Assembly (NCBI GenBank): GCA_965279515.1
Contig: CBDIID010000003.1
Span: forward strand, 736,001 to 800,000
DNA length: 64,000 bases
Origin: Turneriella sp.
Lineage (GTDB): Bacteria; Spirochaetota; Leptospiria; Turneriellales; Turneriellaceae
Direction: 5' to 3'
Below the pieces are notes generated by a model, which made no database searches, had not been told where the DNA came from, and saw only the letters and a list, made by a program, of their open reading frames with translations. This document shows, piece after piece, positions 19,645-28,643 of this stretch; the stretch's first letter is position 1; every line of letters starts with the position of its first letter. Both the position numbers and the translations under genes were made by a program.

Positions 19645-20415
19645 ATGAGCCGATACCGGTTTTCCCTCTACGCTACCAGCCTCTGGTTAGCGAGTCAGGG
19701 TATTTTTGCGCAGGCCCAGCCACAGACACCTTCGCTGCGCCAGAGTAAACTCGATGAGAAGACCGGCGAGGTTGCAAAGGGTGACGGCTGGAGCGGCAAG
19801 ATTGGCTTTGGTTATGCGCTGAATTATCCTTCATATATATCGGGTGTTTTTCAGTTTTCGGAAGTCAGTTATGAATTCGCGAACCAGCGTATTCTCGCCA
19901 GCAGTGAGACAAGCGGCACCATTGAAAACGGCAGCATCAAAAAACCGAACGGGGTTTTGAACGCCGGCTACGATTACAGCATAGACCGCTTTCGTTTTTT
20001 TATCTATACCAATTATGAATTCGGCGTCGTTACCGGGCTCGAAAGTAATACCGTTCTCGGTGCGGGCCTGCGCTATATGTTTTTCAAATTCGACCGCTTT
20101 ACGTTTGATTCCGGTATTGCGCCGATCTACGAGCGCACGGCCTACGTCGACGACACCCTGAATGAGACGCTTTCCATTTCGCTGCGCGGCCGGATCAAGG
20201 TCTTTCTGGCAGACTTCGACAGCCTCTATGTCACCTGGCTCTTTCTGCAGAGTACAAATGAGAGCAAGAACCAATGGCATGCGGCCGAGGTCATCAACAA
20301 CACGGTACTGACGCCGCGTATCTCGATACGCCAGGCATACCGCTGGCGTTATGATGTGTTCTCGGGCTCTTCGGCGGGGTTGGCCTACCTGATTGCGGTT
20401 TTCAGCTTTGATTAG
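19645..20415 (+). CDS. Putative outer-membrane beta-barrel (DUF481-like)
   Basis: Signal peptide, GWSGKIGFGY start, alternating aromatic strands, GAGLRY, ends VFSFD. Confidence 0.6.
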   Translation: MSRYRFSLYATSLWLASQGIFAQAQPQTPSLRQSKLDEKTGEVAKGDGWSGKIGFGYALNYPSYISGVFQFSEVSYEFANQRILASSETSGTIENGSIKKPNGVLNAGYDYSIDRFRFFIYTNYEFGVVTGLESNTVLGAGLRYMFFKFDRFTFDSGIAPIYERTAYVDDTLNETLSISLRGRIKVFLADFDSLYVTWLFLQSTNESKNQWHAAEVINNTVLTPRISIRQAYRWRYDVFSGSSAGLAYLIAVFSFD

Positions 20416-20449
20416 ATTTCAGGCTGTCTCAAATGCCGGAAATGGCGCG

Positions 20450-21382
20450 ATGAGAATCCTCCTTATTTCGATTTCTTTGTTTCTGGTGGCTTCTGCCCAT
20501 GCGGCCGACCTGCCCCCCAACGAATTGGGCAAAATCCCGATTCTGACCTACCATAAAATTTCTGACGAAGACACCGAGTACACCCGTAGCCGGGAGAGTT
20601 TTGCCAAAGACCTCGTGTTATTGAAGAAACACGGGTTTTATCCCGTCACACTGGCCGAACTGCGTACGGGAAAGATCACTGCGCCCAAGGGGAAAATCCC
20701 CCTTCTGATCACCTTCGACGATTCGTCGGAGTCGCAGTTTAAATACGAGGCGGATGGTTCGCTGACGCCAGGCTGCGGCGTCGAAATCATGGAGCGCTTC
20801 CAGAAACAGAACCCGGATTTTCCCCTGAAGGGTGTGTTCTTCGTTCTGCCCAAGGCCCAGTACCCGAATAATTTTTTCGGCCAGACCGATAAGATCGGTG
20901 CAAAACTCAAATACCTGACGGGTAAGGGTTTTGAAATCGGCTCGCACACACTCTGGCATGCCAACCTGAAAAAATACAAAAATAAAATTGAAGAACAACT
21001 CGGTCTCGGCACATACGAGATCCAGAAATACCTGAAAGGATACCCCGTTTACGCCTTTGCCCTGCCCTATGGAATCTTTCCACCCAAGGCCGACGAGCCA
21101 CGACTGCGGGCAGGGAAGTACAAGGGGAAATCCTACAAACATGACATGATCTTTGATTATTCGAATGCCCTCAGCCACTCGGTGTATGACGCGAAATTTG
21201 ACACCTACCACATTCGCCGGCTGCACGGGAATGAGGCGACGCTGGCAAAACTTTTCAAACGCGTCACCAAAGATAAACAGATTTTTTTCATCAGCGACGG
21301 GAACCCCGAAACGGTGACGGTCAAAAAAGCCGATGCCGACCGGGTGAAACTCAAGGGTACTTTGAAGCTGATCACGTATTAA
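20450..21382 (+). CDS. Secreted polysaccharide deacetylase (CE4)
   Basis: Signal peptide, IPILTYH, LITFDD, EIGSHTLWH, FALPYG. Confidence 0.88.
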   Translation: MRILLISISLFLVASAHAADLPPNELGKIPILTYHKISDEDTEYTRSRESFAKDLVLLKKHGFYPVTLAELRTGKITAPKGKIPLLITFDDSSESQFKYEADGSLTPGCGVEIMERFQKQNPDFPLKGVFFVLPKAQYPNNFFGQTDKIGAKLKYLTGKGFEIGSHTLWHANLKKYKNKIEEQLGLGTYEIQKYLKGYPVYAFALPYGIFPPKADEPRLRAGKYKGKSYKHDMIFDYSNALSHSVYDAKFDTYHIRRLHGNEATLAKLFKRVTKDKQIFFISDGNPETVTVKKADADRVKLKGTLKLITY

Positions 21383-21425
21383 AAAGCTTGCCGCGAAGTA
21401 TGGCCGCGTAACCAAACCCGGACGC

Positions 21426-23564
21426 ATGAGCTTACGCATTTTTCTCGCCCTGATTCTCGGGGGCCTGACCACCGGTATATTCGGGCTCGATGAGGCAGAT
21501 GAAAAAGAGGCCGCATTGCGGCTGAGCCGCGCGTTCAGCGCCTACTACGCCGAAAAGCCCGTCGCGGCGGCAAAGGCCTTCGAAGAATACCTGAAAATTA
21601 AGGGCGATAACGAAGTAGCGTTGCGCTATCTCGCGCGGATTGCCCTCTCCAGCGGCGATATGACCAGCGCAGTGCTTTATCTCGAGCGCGGTGTCAAGGC
21701 CGACCCGACAGCGATCTATTCGTTGCAGCTGTTATCTGAAATCTATCTCAAGCAAAACAAGCTCGACGACGCCGCACGCGTGCTGGGCCTTATTTTGAAG
21801 GGCGATCCGCTCAACGAGCGCGCGCTTCAGGTGCTGGCGTATATTTACCAGCAAAAGAACGATCACCGCCAGGCGGCGACGTATTATAAACGCCTCATCA
21901 TCGCGGTGCAAAAAGGCACGGGCAACCCCGATGTCATGTCGCAGGCCCTGTATTTTCTGGGGAATTATTATTACCAGCAGGATAACTTCTTTAAATCCCT
22001 GAATTACTTCCGTAAACTCTATGAGCTCGATTCCGATAACGGCCGTTACCTGCTGATAATCGGCGAGCTGCAGAAGATCACGGGCCAGTTCAAACAATCG
22101 GCGGCCACCCACGAGAAACTGATTGAACGCCAGCCCGATTTCGCGCAGGCCTACGAATCGCTGGCAGAAACCTATTTTATACTGAATGATCCCCGCGCAT
22201 TAGCGATGATCCGGAAGTTTAAGAAGTTCAAAAAGGACGATAAGCCCGGTCTGCTTGAGGGTATCGAACAACAGCTCAACGGCAAAGACGATGAGGCGCT
22301 GAAGGCATTTGAGCAGATTCTCGGCGCCAACCAGAACCGCTTGAGTGCCCGCCTTGGCCGCTTTCGTATCTACGAGAAAAGAAAGTTAACGACGGACGCC
22401 CGCAATGAAGCCTTCGCCGTTGTCGTCATCGCGCAGCGCCTGAATGCGTACGAGCTCGCGCGCGAATATGCCCATGTCACGCTGGGGTATCTCAACCGCC
22501 AGGCGCTCGAAACAAAATTCCGCGAGAAGTTTTTTATTCCCGCAAAAACACTGAACCCGGCGTCGATTCTCGACGGCGAAACCGAACAGCTCGCCATTGA
22601 TTTTGTCGAACTTTATACCACGCATGCAACGACGCTCGAGAACACCAATGAGCGCAGCGTTGCCGTCACGTACCAGGAACTCGCCGCACAGACCATCGAG
22701 CAATTGCAAGTCTGGTACACGGCGATGCTGAAAAATCCGTCGATTACGGGCGATGCGCAGAAGCTCGCCAAGGCGGAAAAACGCGGGCGTGAGGCGAAGA
22801 ACCAACTCTACCAGACGCGCGTGAATTTGGCCTGGACTCAGGTCAACATCAAGGGTGCGCTGGGCGATGCGACGAAGAATGCTGATACGGCCCTCGCGAT
22901 TGAAAAAGAATATGCGACTGCATACTTTGTGAAGGGTATTATCCATAACAATTTGGGGGAGAAAACCCCGAGTGAATATAAGACGGCTTCTTCATTCTTT
23001 CTGCGCGCCATTGAAATTACGGAGCTTAAAAGCAAAAAGAAAGTCGCGCCGGCGAATTATTACTTCTACTCGGGCATGGCGCTTGAGAAGACCGATGACT
23101 TTCCCGCGGCCGAAAAGCAGCTGAAACGCACGATTGAACTCGATCCCTACAACCCAACCTACCTCAACTACCTCGGCTACATGTATTCGCTGCGCAACAT
23201 GAACCTGCCCGACGCGAATAACCTGGTCTTGCGCGCGCTTGAGGATGACCCGGAAAACGAAGCCTATCTCGACACCTTTGGCTGGATTCAATACAAACTC
23301 GGCAATTACCGCGAAGCGCTGGAACAACTCACGGTAGCGGCATCATTCGCGGCGAAAAAATCTTCCGTTGATCCGGTGATTTATTTTCACCTCGCCGAAG
23401 TGCACAACAAGATGAACAACCGGGTCACTGCAATTGAATATTATAATAAGACGCTCACGGATATTAAAAAAGCGTCGGAACCCATGGACGCAGCCTATAT
23501 TGGCTCTCAGATCAAAAAACTGGAATCAGAAAATAAACAATCTAAAAAAGAGGATAAAAAATGA
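21426..23564 (+). CDS. Exported tetratricopeptide repeat protein
   Basis: Signal peptide and many TPRs; C-terminal LNYLGY...DPENEAYLDTFGWIQYKLG motif. Confidence 0.88.
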   Translation: MSLRIFLALILGGLTTGIFGLDEADEKEAALRLSRAFSAYYAEKPVAAAKAFEEYLKIKGDNEVALRYLARIALSSGDMTSAVLYLERGVKADPTAIYSLQLLSEIYLKQNKLDDAARVLGLILKGDPLNERALQVLAYIYQQKNDHRQAATYYKRLIIAVQKGTGNPDVMSQALYFLGNYYYQQDNFFKSLNYFRKLYELDSDNGRYLLIIGELQKITGQFKQSAATHEKLIERQPDFAQAYESLAETYFILNDPRALAMIRKFKKFKKDDKPGLLEGIEQQLNGKDDEALKAFEQILGANQNRLSARLGRFRIYEKRKLTTDARNEAFAVVVIAQRLNAYELAREYAHVTLGYLNRQALETKFREKFFIPAKTLNPASILDGETEQLAIDFVELYTTHATTLENTNERSVAVTYQELAAQTIEQLQVWYTAMLKNPSITGDAQKLAKAEKRGREAKNQLYQTRVNLAWTQVNIKGALGDATKNADTALAIEKEYATAYFVKGIIHNNLGEKTPSEYKTASSFFLRAIEITELKSKKKVAPANYYFYSGMALEKTDDFPAAEKQLKRTIELDPYNPTYLNYLGYMYSLRNMNLPDANNLVLRALEDDPENEAYLDTFGWIQYKLGNYREALEQLTVAASFAAKKSSVDPVIYFHLAEVHNKMNNRVTAIEYYNKTLTDIKKASEPMDAAYIGSQIKKLESENKQSKKEDKK

Positions 23565-24472
23565 AGTATAAGGACTTTAACGAATTCCGCGAGGCTTATA
23601 AAAAGCGCGCGCTGAGCCCCGAGTTTAAAAGTGCGGGTCTCGAAACCATAAAACAAATACACGAAGAAATTCTCGATAAACCTATTAAAGAATGGCTTGA
23701 TATCGCGGCGGATGTCTCTCCCGACCGCAACGGCGAAAGCGAATGGCGCCATGCCCTCGAAGCCATCGTCAAAGACATACGCGGCAAGAGCCAGGCAATC
23801 ATCGTCAAGAACGGCCGCACCGGCCGCGATATTCTCGAGCAGGCTTCGATCGACGAATGGAAAAAGGTCGCACAACACCCGATAGACATTCCTGCAGAAA
23901 CCGTGCGCGAAATCATGAGCCAGAAAGCAGTCAAAGAACTGTTCCTGAACGTGGTGCACGATTCGATCACAGGTTTTACGAAAAGCATCAAATTGCCTCT
24001 CGTGGGCGACCTCAACAAGGTTGTCGACGACAAGATGATCAAGGGCTTTCTCACACCATTCATGGATTCGATCACGAAAATCGCGACCGACTTCGTGAAC
24101 AATAAATCAAACCAGCCGATGATGAGCGAGTTCGCGGGCCAGTTGCTCGAAATCGCCCTCGACCAGAAGCCGACCATACTCGACGCTCTCATGAACCCTG
24201 AACTCGAAAACAAGGTCTGGGTTGCAATCCACACGACAGCCGCCGACAAGACGTTCCGCAAGCTCAGCCACGAGCATGTGCTCGACGTCATTAAAGCCAT
24301 GAAAAAAGATGCGGGTGACAAAACGCTGCGCCAATGGCTCAAAGAACAGAATCGTACGATACCGTTCAGCGCACCGACCGACAAAGAACTCGCGCATATG
24401 CAAAAGGTATTGGCGGAATCTGAAGCGTGCGCCAAATTCATGTTCACGGAACTTTCTTTCCACAGCGCCTGA
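23561..24472 (+). CDS. Hypothetical helical protein
   Basis: 303 aa, SD AAGAGG, ATGA overlap with the TPR gene, typical codon usage; family not recognised. Confidence 0.75.
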   Translation: MKYKDFNEFREAYKKRALSPEFKSAGLETIKQIHEEILDKPIKEWLDIAADVSPDRNGESEWRHALEAIVKDIRGKSQAIIVKNGRTGRDILEQASIDEWKKVAQHPIDIPAETVREIMSQKAVKELFLNVVHDSITGFTKSIKLPLVGDLNKVVDDKMIKGFLTPFMDSITKIATDFVNNKSNQPMMSEFAGQLLEIALDQKPTILDALMNPELENKVWVAIHTTAADKTFRKLSHEHVLDVIKAMKKDAGDKTLRQWLKEQNRTIPFSAPTDKELAHMQKVLAESEACAKFMFTELSFHSA

Positions 24473-25245
24473 TGCCAAACCGCAAGCGACGGGGTTTGAA
24501 ATTTTTCAGCCCCGTTCTGCTTCTTTTTCTTGTTTTTTCCCTGCTCCGCGGTAGCTGCGGTGAGACTAAAAAACCGATTCAGGCGAATGCCAACGCCGAT
24601 GAGATTTCCAATAAGGAAGCGGAAGCGTTCCGCAAAGATGCGGCGGCGATCTATGCACCCTACAAGACCTTAAGCGTTAGTTTTACCCTCAAGGGAAAAG
24701 TCAGCAACGAAGAGCTCTATTATGAAGGCGATCTTTCATCGACGGCGACGGGACTTAAGATCGGTATGAAAGACGCGGTTTTTCTTTCACCCCTTCTGAG
24801 CCTGGATATCGGTAAAGAAAAGGTGACGCTCAAAGACATTGCCCGCAATAAGACACAGACTATTCCCCGCGCAGAGTACCAGTGGGTCGAGCTCTTCGGC
24901 CGCACGTTTCCCGTACGTTTTTTTGAACCATTGATGCGGGGATATCTGCCGGAAGACGCGCTTTCTCCCGACTCGAGTTTTGCGCGCACCCCCGCGGGCG
25001 AAGTTCTTGTCCGTTCTGATAACAACAGCTTTGAAGCGGCCATGTATTTCACAGATCTGAAACTCACGAAAATATTTTACCGCGATAAGCTGCGCGGCGA
25101 GATCCTGATTTTCCACCTCGCAAAACCGTTTAAGAACCGACAATATCCGCAAACCCTCAAAATCGAACATTCACGCGCCAACGATTTCCTGACATTGAAC
25201 TTTAAAGGTCTTCGGGTAACCGGTGACACACCCCCCAAAAAATAG
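24472..25245 (+). CDS. Putative lipoprotein, possibly DUF4292/LolB-like fold
   Basis: TGATG overlap start; basic N-terminus, hydrophobic stretch and RGSC; beta-rich pattern ending YPQTLKIE...LTLNF. Confidence 0.6.
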   Translation: MPNRKRRGLKFFSPVLLLFLVFSLLRGSCGETKKPIQANANADEISNKEAEAFRKDAAAIYAPYKTLSVSFTLKGKVSNEELYYEGDLSSTATGLKIGMKDAVFLSPLLSLDIGKEKVTLKDIARNKTQTIPRAEYQWVELFGRTFPVRFFEPLMRGYLPEDALSPDSSFARTPAGEVLVRSDNNSFEAAMYFTDLKLTKIFYRDKLRGEILIFHLAKPFKNRQYPQTLKIEHSRANDFLTLNFKGLRVTGDTPPKK

Positions 25246-25247
25246 CC

Positions 25248-25847
25248 ATGTCGACGGAAGTGTTTGAAACACTTAAAACCAAGGCACTGGGTTGCCAACT
25301 CTGCAAACTTGCCGCCACACGCACCCAGGTCGTCTTCGGCGAGGGAAATCCCAGTGCGCGGCTGATGTTCATCGGCGAAGGCCCGGGCAAGGATGAAGAT
25401 GCGAGCGGCAGGCCTTTTGTCGGCCGCGCCGGCCAATTGCTCACGCGTATCATAGAAAACGGCCTGAAGCTGAAGCGCGAAGATGTCTATATTGCGAACG
25501 TCGTCAAATGCCGGCCGACCGTCGATGGCCTCGGCAAACGCGACCGGCCCCCCGAAGCCGATGAGGTCGCCGCCTGCGCCCCCTATTTGCGCCAGCAGAT
25601 TGAACTCATCCGGCCCGAGGTGATTGTCACGCTGGGAAATCCCTCAACGCGTTTTCTTTTGCAGACGATGGAGGGGATAACCAAGCTGCGCGGCAAGTGG
25701 CATGCCTATGGTGACATTGCCGTGATGCCGACATACCATCCGAGCTTTCTGTTGCGTAATGGCGGCGATGCCGGTAACACGCCCTATAAGCGGGATGTCT
25801 GGAATGATATGAAACTTGTGATTGAAAGATTGGCTTTGCCAATCTAG
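25248..25847 (+). CDS. Uracil-DNA glycosylase family 4
   Basis: CQLCKL, GEGPGKDED, PFVGRAG, NVVKCRP, TYHPSFLLR. Confidence 0.95.
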   Translation: MSTEVFETLKTKALGCQLCKLAATRTQVVFGEGNPSARLMFIGEGPGKDEDASGRPFVGRAGQLLTRIIENGLKLKREDVYIANVVKCRPTVDGLGKRDRPPEADEVAACAPYLRQQIELIRPEVIVTLGNPSTRFLLQTMEGITKLRGKWHAYGDIAVMPTYHPSFLLRNGGDAGNTPYKRDVWNDMKLVIERLALPI

Positions 25848-25886
25848 AAGTCGCTACCGCGACCGAAAAAATGGGCTTACCCGGCC

Positions 25887-26345
25887 CTAGGCAAAAATCC
25901 TTTCGACCGCGGCCTTGCGGAAAGCAAAAATCTCTTCGAGCTTACCGCGCACAACCAGACTGTGGATGATACCCTGGAATGGTACGGGCGGCAATGCATA
26001 ATCGACGCGGTCGGTCATGTGGGTAAACTTGCCCTCTTTGCGAAAGAAGTGTTTATGCGACCAGATGCGGTAGGGCCCAATGCGCTGTTCGTCGGCAAAC
26101 ATCACACCGCTATTCACGTGCGTGATTTCCGTCACCCACGATATGGGGATTTTCAGAAGCGGCGAAACCTTGTATTCGATGTGCAAACCCGGATAGATCT
26201 CATCGGGCAGGTCCGGTGTCGTGACGGTAAAAGCAAGTTCGGGCGGCGTGATGTGTTTGAGATTATGCGGATTGGAAAAATATTTCCAGGTCGTCGCGAG
26301 GTTTGCCCGCACCACTTGCTCGCGCTTTAAAGAATAAATCTTCAC
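25887..26345 (-). CDS. SRPBCC family protein
   Basis: FSNPHNLKHITPP, WVTEIT, FADEQRIGPY, WSHKH, IFAFR. Confidence 0.88.
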   Translation of the reverse strand: MKIYSLKREQVVRANLATTWKYFSNPHNLKHITPPELAFTVTTPDLPDEIYPGLHIEYKVSPLLKIPISWVTEITHVNSGVMFADEQRIGPYRIWSHKHFFRKEGKFTHMTDRVDYALPPVPFQGIIHSLVVRGKLEEIFAFRKAAVERIFA

Positions 26346-26866
26346 CGTATTTCCTTCAGCTGATCGCGGTGAAGGGCAGCATTTGTAATATAGTTTTTCC
26401 AGGTGCGGATCATCATTTCGCGCTCCTCATCTTTAATCTCGCGCACGAGCTTTGCGGGAGACCCTAAGGCCAGCCATCCGCTTTTGACAGTAAAACCCGG
26501 CGGCACGAGTGCACCTGCCGCCACAAAGCCGAACGGTTCGACCGTGGCGTTATCCAAAAGCGTCGCACCCATACCGATGAAGGAATCATCCATGAGCGTC
26601 GCGCCGTGGATGAGGACGCGGTGGCCGATGGTGATACGGTCACCGATGGAAGTCGCGAATTTGCCGCCTGTGACATGGACGACGGAAAGGTCCTGGATAT
26701 TCGTCTGCGCACCGATGCGGATCGAATGCACATCGCCGCGCACAACGCAGCCATACCAGACGGAGCTCTCGACACCCAGCGTGACATCGCCCAAAACATC
26801 GGCGCCGGGGGCTATCCAGGCGCTGGCAGCGATCTGGGGAGTTTTTTCACCGAGCGAATACAGCAC
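26342..26866 (-). CDS. Gamma carbonic anhydrase family protein
   Basis: VVRGD, TNIQDLSVVH, IGHRVLIHG, hexapeptide repeats, GSPAK. Confidence 0.93.
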   Translation of the reverse strand: MLYSLGEKTPQIAASAWIAPGADVLGDVTLGVESSVWYGCVVRGDVHSIRIGAQTNIQDLSVVHVTGGKFATSIGDRITIGHRVLIHGATLMDDSFIGMGATLLDNATVEPFGFVAAGALVPPGFTVKSGWLALGSPAKLVREIKDEEREMMIRTWKNYITNAALHRDQLKEIR

Positions 26867-26904
26867 GTGTCACAGCGGAGAATCCGCAAAGGGAAGCAAG
26901 ATTA

Positions 26905-27120
26905 TTAGGTATTGTGGGCCAGATCGGATGGATAAAAACCGCCCGTTTCTGTTGAGGCGCCATGAAACTTCGCAATCTCTTCGTTTACGGCATTGCGGCA
27001 GCGACCGCAACCCATCGCTGCGCCCAGGTTCACCTGGACATCAGCTAATGTGCGGGCGCCCCCTTGAAGGGCTTCTTTGACCTGACGGTCGTTGATATTT
27101 GCGCAGCAGCAAACGATCAT
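26905..27120 (-). CDS. bfd: Bacterioferritin-associated ferredoxin (Bfd-like 2Fe-2S protein)
   Basis: MIVCCC...GCGRC pattern, 71 aa. Confidence 0.88.
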   Translation of the reverse strand: MIVCCCANINDRQVKEALQGGARTLADVQVNLGAAMGCGRCRNAVNEEIAKFHGASTETGGFYPSDLAHNT

Positions 27121-27122
27121 GA

Positions 27123-27147
27123 GCTAATGAGAATTGTTCTCACTAGC
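27123..27147. promoter_or_regulatory. Fur-like operator palindrome upstream of bfd
   Basis: GCTAATGAGAA-TTG-TTCTCACTAGC, a near-perfect inverted repeat between a TTGACG -35 and the bfd ATG; resembles the AATGA(T/G)AAT Fur box. Confidence 0.7.
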
Positions 27148-27156
27148 CGTCAAGTC

Positions 27157-27834
27157 TTATTGGATAATCTCCGTATAGAAATCGTCAATATTTGCCTCAA
27201 TATCACTGGATACACCGCGAATGAAAAAGCCCGAATAACCGCCCCTCAGGACTTTGTCTGAGGCGGTAATTTCATCTGAAATCGTGCCGGATAGAGAACA
27301 TACTAGCTTATCGTCTTTGACGGAAAATGTCAAAATGTAGGAATTTCCCCTTTGAAAGGCATGGGAGTTTGGCGACTGTGCGAGTGTCGTTCGAACACCC
27401 TGCTCTCCCCTGAATAAGGTTAAATTCCCGGCCGCTGCACCTGCCTCAATTCCGCAAAATAACCCGTCATTCAGAGTTGATACGGATTTAGATCTCATCA
27501 CAAGCATAAAGAGCCCGTTCAAAAGATTCGCCGAAATAGGTTCAAACTTTAATGAACTCACGGTTTTGTTGTGCTCGACCTTATTCGTGCACATTGCATA
27601 AGCAAAACTGTTAAACCGAACGAGCTCGTATATTTTTTGCCCGTAAACGGCCAATTTACCAGGTAACGGATTAAACGAACCGCCGCCTATCTCCCAATAT
27701 TCCCCGAGTGAATCAGAATCGGAACGATTAAAATCGTCGCTGCAAAGGCGACGCGTGCTCTCGGTACCCAGATTCGTCTGATTACAATTAAGCTGCAACG
27801 CAAAAATCATGAGGATAAACCAAAGGCGGCACAT
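27157..27834 (-). CDS. Hypothetical lipoprotein, beta-sandwich/lectin-like (paralog B)
   Basis: Lipobox-like LQLNC; CSDDFNRSDS..LG..W.IG and C-terminal GYSGFF...DDF shared with the neighbour. Start placed at the ATG just after the paralog A stop. Confidence 0.7.
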   Translation of the reverse strand: MCRLWFILMIFALQLNCNQTNLGTESTRRLCSDDFNRSDSDSLGEYWEIGGGSFNPLPGKLAVYGQKIYELVRFNSFAYAMCTNKVEHNKTVSSLKFEPISANLLNGLFMLVMRSKSVSTLNDGLFCGIEAGAAAGNLTLFRGEQGVRTTLAQSPNSHAFQRGNSYILTFSVKDDKLVCSLSGTISDEITASDKVLRGGYSGFFIRGVSSDIEANIDDFYTEIIQ

Positions 27835-27838
27835 ATAT

Positions 27839-28531
27839 TTATGGAAAAGCCTCGCTTCGGAAATCATCAAAATACATCTCCATGGTATTCGCAAAGAAAA
27901 TTCCCGTGTATCCGTGGGAATAGGTGTCATCACGGGAATTCAGGACGACTTGGGTACCGTTCAAATTCAACGAGCAGGTCAGGTTATTCCCCTCTGCTTC
28001 GAAAACTATCTTTAAATTCCCTCCCGCGTTGAAGTTCCCGGGGAAGCCAGCGGCTGTGGCAAGGGTTGTCGATGCAGAATTCACACTGCGCGATAAATCG
28101 AATTGTCCGTTCCGGGTGCCGCATATGTAGGCGTTTAACTGATCCTGTAGTCTAACCGTGACGAGGATAGGCTGATTTGAAACGGAGCTGGATATGAGAT
28201 TGAATGTGACGGAAGATCGGACCTTATTTTGAACGACTTTGTTCTTGCAATGCGCTTCGAAAATCGGACCGACTGCGGGAATCGATATCCGCCCTTTGTT
28301 ATTTTCAATGCGGGCAACCGCGGCATTGACTTGCGGAAAATTAGCACCGATCGCCCAGTTCCCGCCCAACTCCGCAGAATCCGCGCGGTTGAAATCGTCA
28401 GAACATATGGCATTGCTTGAAGCCAAACCCAAATCCATTTGCTGGCAACTGGAGAACGCAGCACCAAAATTGCACATGTAAAGAATGCGCCAAAAGCAAT
28501 GACTCAGGTTAAAGATGCGATCGTGGCGCAT
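27839..28531 (-). CDS. Hypothetical lipoprotein, beta-sandwich/lectin-like (paralog A)
   Basis: Lipobox-like AFSSC; CSDDFNRADS..LG..W.IG; GYTGIF...FDDF. Confidence 0.7.
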   Translation of the reverse strand: MRHDRIFNLSHCFWRILYMCNFGAAFSSCQQMDLGLASSNAICSDDFNRADSAELGGNWAIGANFPQVNAAVARIENNKGRISIPAVGPIFEAHCKNKVVQNKVRSSVTFNLISSSVSNQPILVTVRLQDQLNAYICGTRNGQFDLSRSVNSASTTLATAAGFPGNFNAGGNLKIVFEAEGNNLTCSLNLNGTQVVLNSRDDTYSHGYTGIFFANTMEMYFDDFRSEAFP

Positions 28532-28643
28532 GTTTCGAACGAACCTCTTTGTGATATAAGCAATAACTTTGACTAAAGAAGAAACGCAGATTACCCGTCA
28601 CCATTTTAGCTGACCGTTTGTACCGTGTTTGTGAAAGGTCTGT

